From positions 427,304,001 through 427,368,000 of the forward strand of contig OZ024740.1 in assembly GCA_964016885.1 (NCBI GenBank): a stretch of 64,000 nt of DNA. Direction: 5' to 3'. How positions within the stretch are numbered: position 1 is the first letter of the stretch; each line of letters opens with the position of its first letter. The position numbers were made by a program, and so were the translations under genes. This DNA is from Eledone cirrhosa (lineage: Eukaryota). The notes beneath the pieces are model-generated. The model saw only the letters and a list, made by a program, of their open reading frames with translations, was not told the DNA's origin and did not search any database. Of the stretch, positions 58,047 through 64,000 are shown piece by piece.

Positions 58047-58546
58047 ATTTGTTAATCATTTATGTATCCTTATATCAATAGTTGTGTTATGTAGCTTCAA
58101 TATTACTATAAATCACCAATGTTCTCGTATAGTGTTCGGAAATATGGTTGAGAGATGTTGGATATGAGGGATGAGTGTTGCCGCCCCAGTCAGCGGCGTC
58201 TCATGCTCGTGTACAACGGTGAAATATTCTCACTCCCGATCTTTACTAAATGTTTCTATACATAATAATATCTATATTAGATTTATTATATATAAAATAT
58301 ATTATAGCTTTGTTATATAGAAACTTACATATGACAGCTGCAGCTTGATAAAACCTGTCTTCCCTATTAGGTGAATATTGCTGTCCTTGTTTGGAACGCC
58401 AAGATTGGGTGGACAGTCCGTGGTCGGTTTGTGGAATTCGGAGTGTGGGTTCTGGGCTGGTTTAGCAGGAATCATGAGTGAAGGTTGACGTTCGATTTAG
58501 GGTATTTGCTCAGTGACTTGTGGACAGATTGGAGCAATAACAGTGT

Positions 58547-58744
58547 TGGTCGGACGCCATGCTTTGCAGCATAGAGTTACGGCCCTTTTATGATCTGAGT
58601 TCTAATCCCGCCGATGTTAACTTTGCCTTTCATCGTTACGGGGGTCGATAAAATAAAGTACCAGTCACGCACTGGGGTCGATTTAGTCGACTTTCCCCTC
58701 CCCCCAAAATTGCTGGCCTTGTGCCTATATAAGAAACCATTTAT
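58547..58744 (+). mobile_element. Long-variant SINE, 5'-truncated
   Basis: Consensus plus the internal GGTCGATTTAGTCGACTTTCCCCTCCCCC segment. Confidence 0.88.
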
Positions 58745-58932
58745 GTTTATATGATAACTCTTCATGTCCCAGTGTAATGATTGCAACAAGTAATATTTGG
58801 AGAGCAAAGTAGATATAGTTCAAATCTCCATTTAAATATAAACCTTCCTGGCTATCTTTGAAATATTTAGCCATCAAAATGTTTATCTCAATTGAGAGAT
58901 AAACCTTATCTTATATTATTGTTTCAGGTAAA

Positions 58933-59119
58933 TGGCGGTGTGTTGGCAGTATCGGTAGAGGGTCGGCCGCCATGCTTTGACGCATAGAGTTACGGCCCTT
59001 GCCATTCTGAGTTCAAATACCGCCGAGATTAAGTTTGCCTCTCATCCTTACAGAGTCGATAAAATACCAGTAATACACTGGGTAATTGCTGGCTTGTGCC
59101 AAAAGTAGAAACAATTATT
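58933..59119 (+). mobile_element. SINE family A with 17-bp TSD
   Basis: TSD ATTATTGTTTCAGGTAA at 58915-58931 and 59114-59130. Confidence 0.92.
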
Positions 59120-59243
59120 GTTTCAGGTAACTGGTACTGAAGATGTGGAAGGTAATCTATTGCTTACTCCTTATTCTCAGACTCCAGAAGGGGACACCAA
59201 CAATTATATAATACACATTTATGTAAAACACACATAAATTTAA

Positions 59244-59336
59244 CAATTGTTCTACTTTTGGCACAAGGCCAGCAATTACCCAGTGTATTACTGGTACTTT
59301 ATTTTATCGACCCCGTAAGGATGAAAGGCAAAGTTA
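59244..59336 (-). mobile_element. 5'-truncated SINE family A with TSD
   Basis: 3' half of consensus; TSD ATAAATTTAA(C/T)AAT on both sides. Confidence 0.88.
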
Positions 59337-59489
59337 TAAATTTAATAATGAAATCTCATAGGCGCTGTGTTATTTATAAATATTTATTACTTAATAACTA
59401 ATTACGTTGCCAAACAAAGGTACATTAATTTGACGGGCTATTTATCTAACATGAATGGCGACAAAAGAAGCACATAGACTATTATTGAT

Positions 59490-59717
59490 GCACTTACGAT
59501 CATAATGCCGTGGGTTCGTATCCTAGACGGTGTTGTGTCTGCTGGTTTTGAGCAAAACAGTTCATTCCCCGTTGTTCCAGTATACTTAGCTGAAAATGAG
59601 TACCAGCAATAGCGGGAAGATGTTTCCTGTGAAGGACTGGCGTCCTGTCCAGGGGTCAGTCATTTACACCCAGTCACTTAACGCCACGGAAACCGGGACA
59701 AGTACCGGGCTTGAGCT
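59490..59717 (+). mobile_element. Second, older tRNA-derived SINE family
   Basis: B-box-like GGGTTCGTATCCT, then TTGAGCAAAACA...AAAATGAGTACCAG...GGACTGGCGTCCTGTCCAGGGG...GGAAACCGGGA, resembling conserved central domains of invertebrate SINEs; single copy here. Confidence 0.55.
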
Positions 59718-59931
59718 AGATTTTAAACATTCTATTTTTTCAGAATTGCGACTAAAATATGTTCTCCGGTAGACAAGGTCATAGGGTGTAATTATTTTTT
59801 GGTGAATAAATACTAATCTTTAATACGCAGGAAGGTAATCCTTTACTGTATGTGTTTTAAAAAGGATAAGGTATATTTTCCACATTTGTATCATTTTTAT
59901 AGCTAGGCCTGTAAATTCCACTGTACCTACA

Positions 59932-59965
<34 letters not shown>

Positions 59966-59980
59966 ACACACACACACATA

Positions 59981-60002
59981 TCTATATATAGAAAACTGAG
60001 GA

Positions 60003-60088
<86 letters not shown>

Positions 60089-60740
60089 TGTGAGTTTGAA
60101 TCCATAAAACTCGAGAAGTACCCAACCGATTTTTTTCAAAATTTACATGTGTATTTGAAAAAAATCGGTTGGGTGCATAACACTCCCTGAAACATAAGTA
60201 ACTTTACATGTGTATTACTTATGTTTCAGGGAGTGTTTACACATAAAAAGATTCAACTTTTTCATCTCCTAGGGCCCGCATTAGGTGAAAAACTGCGTTT
60301 TTTTTTCAGCTTTTTATGTGTTTTTTGAGGCGGTACGTGAGACCGATTTCCTTGAAATTGTAACTATGTATTAGTCAGTCTCTTCTTCATACCGTAAATA
60401 AAGAAAATCCAACTTTTTTATGGCCTAGGGCCCGCATTAGGTGAAAAACTTCAATTTTTCAGCTTTTTAGGGCTTTTATTGAGGCCGATTTTCTCGAAAT
60501 TGTAAGGCATATTATGCACATAAAAAAATTCATTTTCTTGATCCCCTAGGACCCGCATTAGGTGAAAACCTGCATTTTTCCTGCTTCATCGAGGAGAATC
60601 TTAAAGATTATCCAGCCATGAGGGTATTCGGTTTATTTTCTTTACATATTGTCGAGGCATGCAGTTTTCCACGATTAGGTCTGTTGGCGGCCCGCGTTCC
60701 AAAATACCTTATCCCGTGCAACGCCGGGTACCACTGCTAG
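59981..60740 (+). mobile_element. Non-autonomous Helitron
   Basis: A|TC start (TCTATATATAGAAAA), internal (TG)n, three CCTAGG(G/A)CCCGCATTAGGTGAAAA subrepeats, 3' hairpin CCCG..CGGG followed by CTAG|T, no TSD. Confidence 0.82.
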
Positions 60741-60975
60741 TATATATATATATATATATGTTAGGTAATTCCGAAGGAAAAGCAAAGGAAAAAAGTGTGC
60801 TCTATGTATAGAACAGAGCTATTTAATTATATATATATATACAGATTTAACAGATATATATAAAGAGAGAGGAAAAAGAGGCATATATCTTTTGAGAAAC
60901 ACAGCATTTTGTACACTGATATAGAGCAAATAATATATAGGAGAATATGCATAGTTTAAGGCGGTAATAAATTGA

Positions 60976-61021
<46 letters not shown>

Positions 61022-61023
61022 CT

Positions 61024-61054
<31 letters not shown>

Positions 61055-61140
61055 CTACATCAGCATATATTTCGGTCATATTTCAACTCCTCTGTGATAT
61101 AAGCTATATATACCCACAGGTAGATATACAATATTTCCTA

Positions 61141-61356
61141 CAATTCTGATTTAGGCACAAGGCCAGTAATTTTAGGGGAAGAAAGTCAATAAATTCGACC
61201 CGAGTGCGTTCCTGGTACTTTATTTTATCGACCACGTAACTATGAAAGGTAACACAAACCTCGACGGTATTTGAACTCAGAATGGAAAGGGATGTAACTA
61301 TAAGCAATAAAGCACGCTGTCTAACTCTCTACCGATTACTGCTAATCCACCACCCT
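61141..61356 (-). mobile_element. Older long-variant SINE
   Basis: Diverged full-length match; short TATTTCC duplication at the flanks. Confidence 0.8.
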
Positions 61357-61502
61357 TATTTCCATATATAATAAAAGTTATATCTGAAGATAATTAATAT
61401 GAGACAACATCCGTATTAATACAAAAATAGACGACTTAGTGTTAATATATTTAATGAAATGTCTGATTAAATGCCAAACAGTCAAACACTTAATCAGCAA
61501 GA

Positions 61503-62022
61503 AAGCCGGTCAGTCAACTAGCTAGCCAGCCAAATATCCAGCCCGCCAAATAGCCAGTCATTCAAATAGCGAACCAGCCAAATAGCCAGCCATTCTAATA
61601 GCCAACCAGTCAATTTGCCAGTCAAACAGCCAGCCAACTGGTCAAAGAGCCATCCTCAATCCAGCCAGCCAGTCCAATAGCCAACCAGCCAATTAGCCAA
61701 CCAGCCAATTAGCGAGGCAGCTAACTAGCCAACCAGTCAATTTGCCAGTCACCCAAACAGCCAGCCAGCCTGCTATCCAAAGAGCCACCCACCAGCCAGT
61801 CAGCCAAATATCGAACCAGCCAAATTGCCAATGATTCAAATCACCACCAGCCAGCCAGCCAACAAGTCAGCCAGCCAAATAGCCAACCGGCCAATTAGCC
61901 AGCCAGCTAAATAGCCAACCAGCAAAGTAGCCAACCAGCCAATTAGCCAGGCAGGCGAGTAGCTAGTCCGCCAAATAGCCAACCAGTCAAATAGCAAGCC
62001 AGCTAAATAGCCAGCTAGCTAG
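61503..62022 (+). repeat. Degenerate tandem repeat of AGCC/AACC/AAAT tetramers
   Basis: Recurrent AGCCAACCAGCCAA(A/T)T. Confidence 0.85.
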
Positions 62023-62342
62023 GTATACGGCATGACAGAGAGAGAATGGTGACCAGATTTTTAGCCAGACAACCCCCTTATAGTGATTTTAGCAGATACA
62101 GAAGTGACGGCACCCGTATCTCCCCGCCCCCAGCTTAATGAAACGACCCCCCCCCCCAACAGACATCCAGATTTCCTCATTTGAAGATTATCTTATTATT
62201 TTACTCTACTTTATTCCAGCTTCGTTAATCCTGTTTGGTAGAGATTTACCACAAGAGAAATAAGGTCTGTAGACTTAGCGTGTTTAATAAATCTTGTATT
62301 AAGGACGTGTTCCAACGGAGAGAAGTAGAATCAGCTGCTCAA

Positions 62343-62403
62343 GATACTACTACAACTACTACTGCTGCTACTACTACTGCTGCTACTACTACTACTGCTA
62401 CTG

Positions 62404-62444
<41 letters not shown>

Positions 62445-62523
62445 GCTGCTTCTGCTGCTACTACTACTACTACTACTACTGCTGCTTCTACTACTACTGC
62501 TGCTACTACTACTACTGCTACTG

Positions 62524-62555
<32 letters not shown>

Positions 62556-62628
62556 GCTGCTTCTGCTGCTACTACTACTACTACTACTACTGCTGCTTCT
62601 ACTACTACTGCTGCTACTACTACTACTG

Positions 62629-62663
<35 letters not shown>

Positions 62664-62932
62664 GTTACTGTTGCTGCTGCTGCTATTACTACTATTACTA
62701 CTACTACTACTGCTGCTATTACTACTACTACTGCTGCTACTACTACTACTGCTACTGCTGCTACTACTACTACTACTACTACTGCTGTTACTGCTGCTGC
62801 TGCTGCTATTACTACTATTACTACTACTACTGCTGCTGCTGCTGATGCTGATAATACTACTACTACTACTACTACTACTGCTGCTGATGATGATACTACT
62901 ACTACCACTACTACTAATACTGCTGATGATGC

Positions 62933-62990
<58 letters not shown>

Positions 62991-63066
62991 GCTGCTGCTG
63001 ATGATACTACTACTACTACTGCTACTACTACTACTACTACTAATACTGCTGATGATGCTACTACTA

Positions 63067-63109
<43 letters not shown>

Positions 63110-63110
63110 G
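62343..63110 (+). repeat. Compound (CTA)n/(CTG)n/(ATG)n trinucleotide array
   Basis: Direct reading, with internal block duplications. Confidence 0.95.
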
Positions 63111-63182
63111 ACAGCAACAAAAACTAGAACTAAACCAGCTACAACTACACCACCACCAACTGCAGCTGCAGCAATATTTTGA

Positions 63183-63590
63183 GTGGTGGTGGTGGTGGTG
63201 TTAGTGGTGGTGGTGGTGGTCGTCGTCGTGGTAGTGGTGGTAGTGTTGTTGGTGGTGTTGGTGGTGGTGGTGGTTGGTGGTGGTGGTGGTGTTGGTGGTG
63301 TTGTTGTTGGTGGTGGTGGTGGTGTTGGTGTTGGTGATGGTGTTGGTGGTGGTGGTGGTGGTCGTCGTGGTGTTGGTGGTGGTCGTGGTGTTGGTGGTGG
63401 TGTGGTGGTGGTGGTGGTGTGGTGGTGGTAGTGGTGTGGAGGTGGTGGTGGTGTGGTGGTGGTGGTGGTGATGGTGGTGGTGGTGGTGGTGGTGGTGGTG
63501 GTGGTGGTGGTGGTGGTGTTGGTGGTGGTGGTGGTGATGATGGTGGTGGTGTTCGTGGTAGTGATTATAGTGTTGGTGGTGGTGATGACA
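63183..63590 (+). repeat. (GGT)n-based trinucleotide array
   Basis: Direct reading. Confidence 0.95.
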
Positions 63591-64000
63591 ATGAGTTGAT
63601 GACGTTATGGGTGCTTAATTTTATGGACTCCTTTTAAAGACAAAACTAACTGCTTCGACGTTTATTGCTTATGCTGATGGTGAATATATTAACAGACAAT
63701 CAGATACCAAAGATTTCTAATACAATCACACACTAATGGATCTCCATCGGTTTCGAGCAGGATCGTTCAAATTATTTAATCAACAGAACATTGTACTCAT
63801 TGAAGTACCGAAAACATCCAAATTTTTGAGTATTCTACAAACATTTTTTGACTTAACGTAATCCCCAGGGAGAATCACGTGACAGGGTAACATGGTTGGT
63901 CCTCTAAATTTTAGGGACATTCCATCCGAAAAAAACTTTCAGAAGTTTTCTTCTAACCTATTTTACGCAGTAAAGGAAGACCTGCTCAAACATTCCTCGA

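Noticed and set aside
58360-58540. Possible exon or RTE-type RT remnant (GVP..QG-like)
   Set aside because: Single frameshifted motif; neither reading is convincing
62235-63204. Mucin-like poly-Thr/Ala ORF and poly-Leu/Val ORFs
   Set aside because: Trinucleotide array with nearly invariant third positions, open in several frames; no signal peptide or domain

Overview
Eukaryotic, gene-poor, repeat-saturated window. The SINE, LINE and Penelope-like content and the extreme (TA)n/(CA)n load suggest an octopod cephalopod; this is inference only. No host protein-coding gene can be firmly supported, and nearly all ORF-track entries are translations of simple repeats. Main components: (1) a ~27 kb G-rich 40-bp satellite (6575-33730) with layered higher-order structure; (2) about 15 copies of a tRNA-derived SINE, several with clear TSDs, plus decayed L1/Tx1-type LINE pieces whose 3' tail resembles the SINE tail; (3) a hAT-type MITE and two non-autonomous Helitron-like elements; (4) an 89/93-bp minisatellite and a 4.7 kb (TA)n array hiding an inverted duplication; (5) a cluster of Penelope-like element (PLE) pieces inserted in (TA)n. 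The PLE cluster includes two GIY-YIG endonuclease ORF remnants, six type I hammerhead-like motifs (four with intact cores, two degenerate), three fold-back insertions with the same asymmetric layout and a shared GAGYACTCT tail motif. A separate direct-repeat element family carries a hairpin/pseudoknot with compensatory base changes that I cannot assign to a known RNA class.
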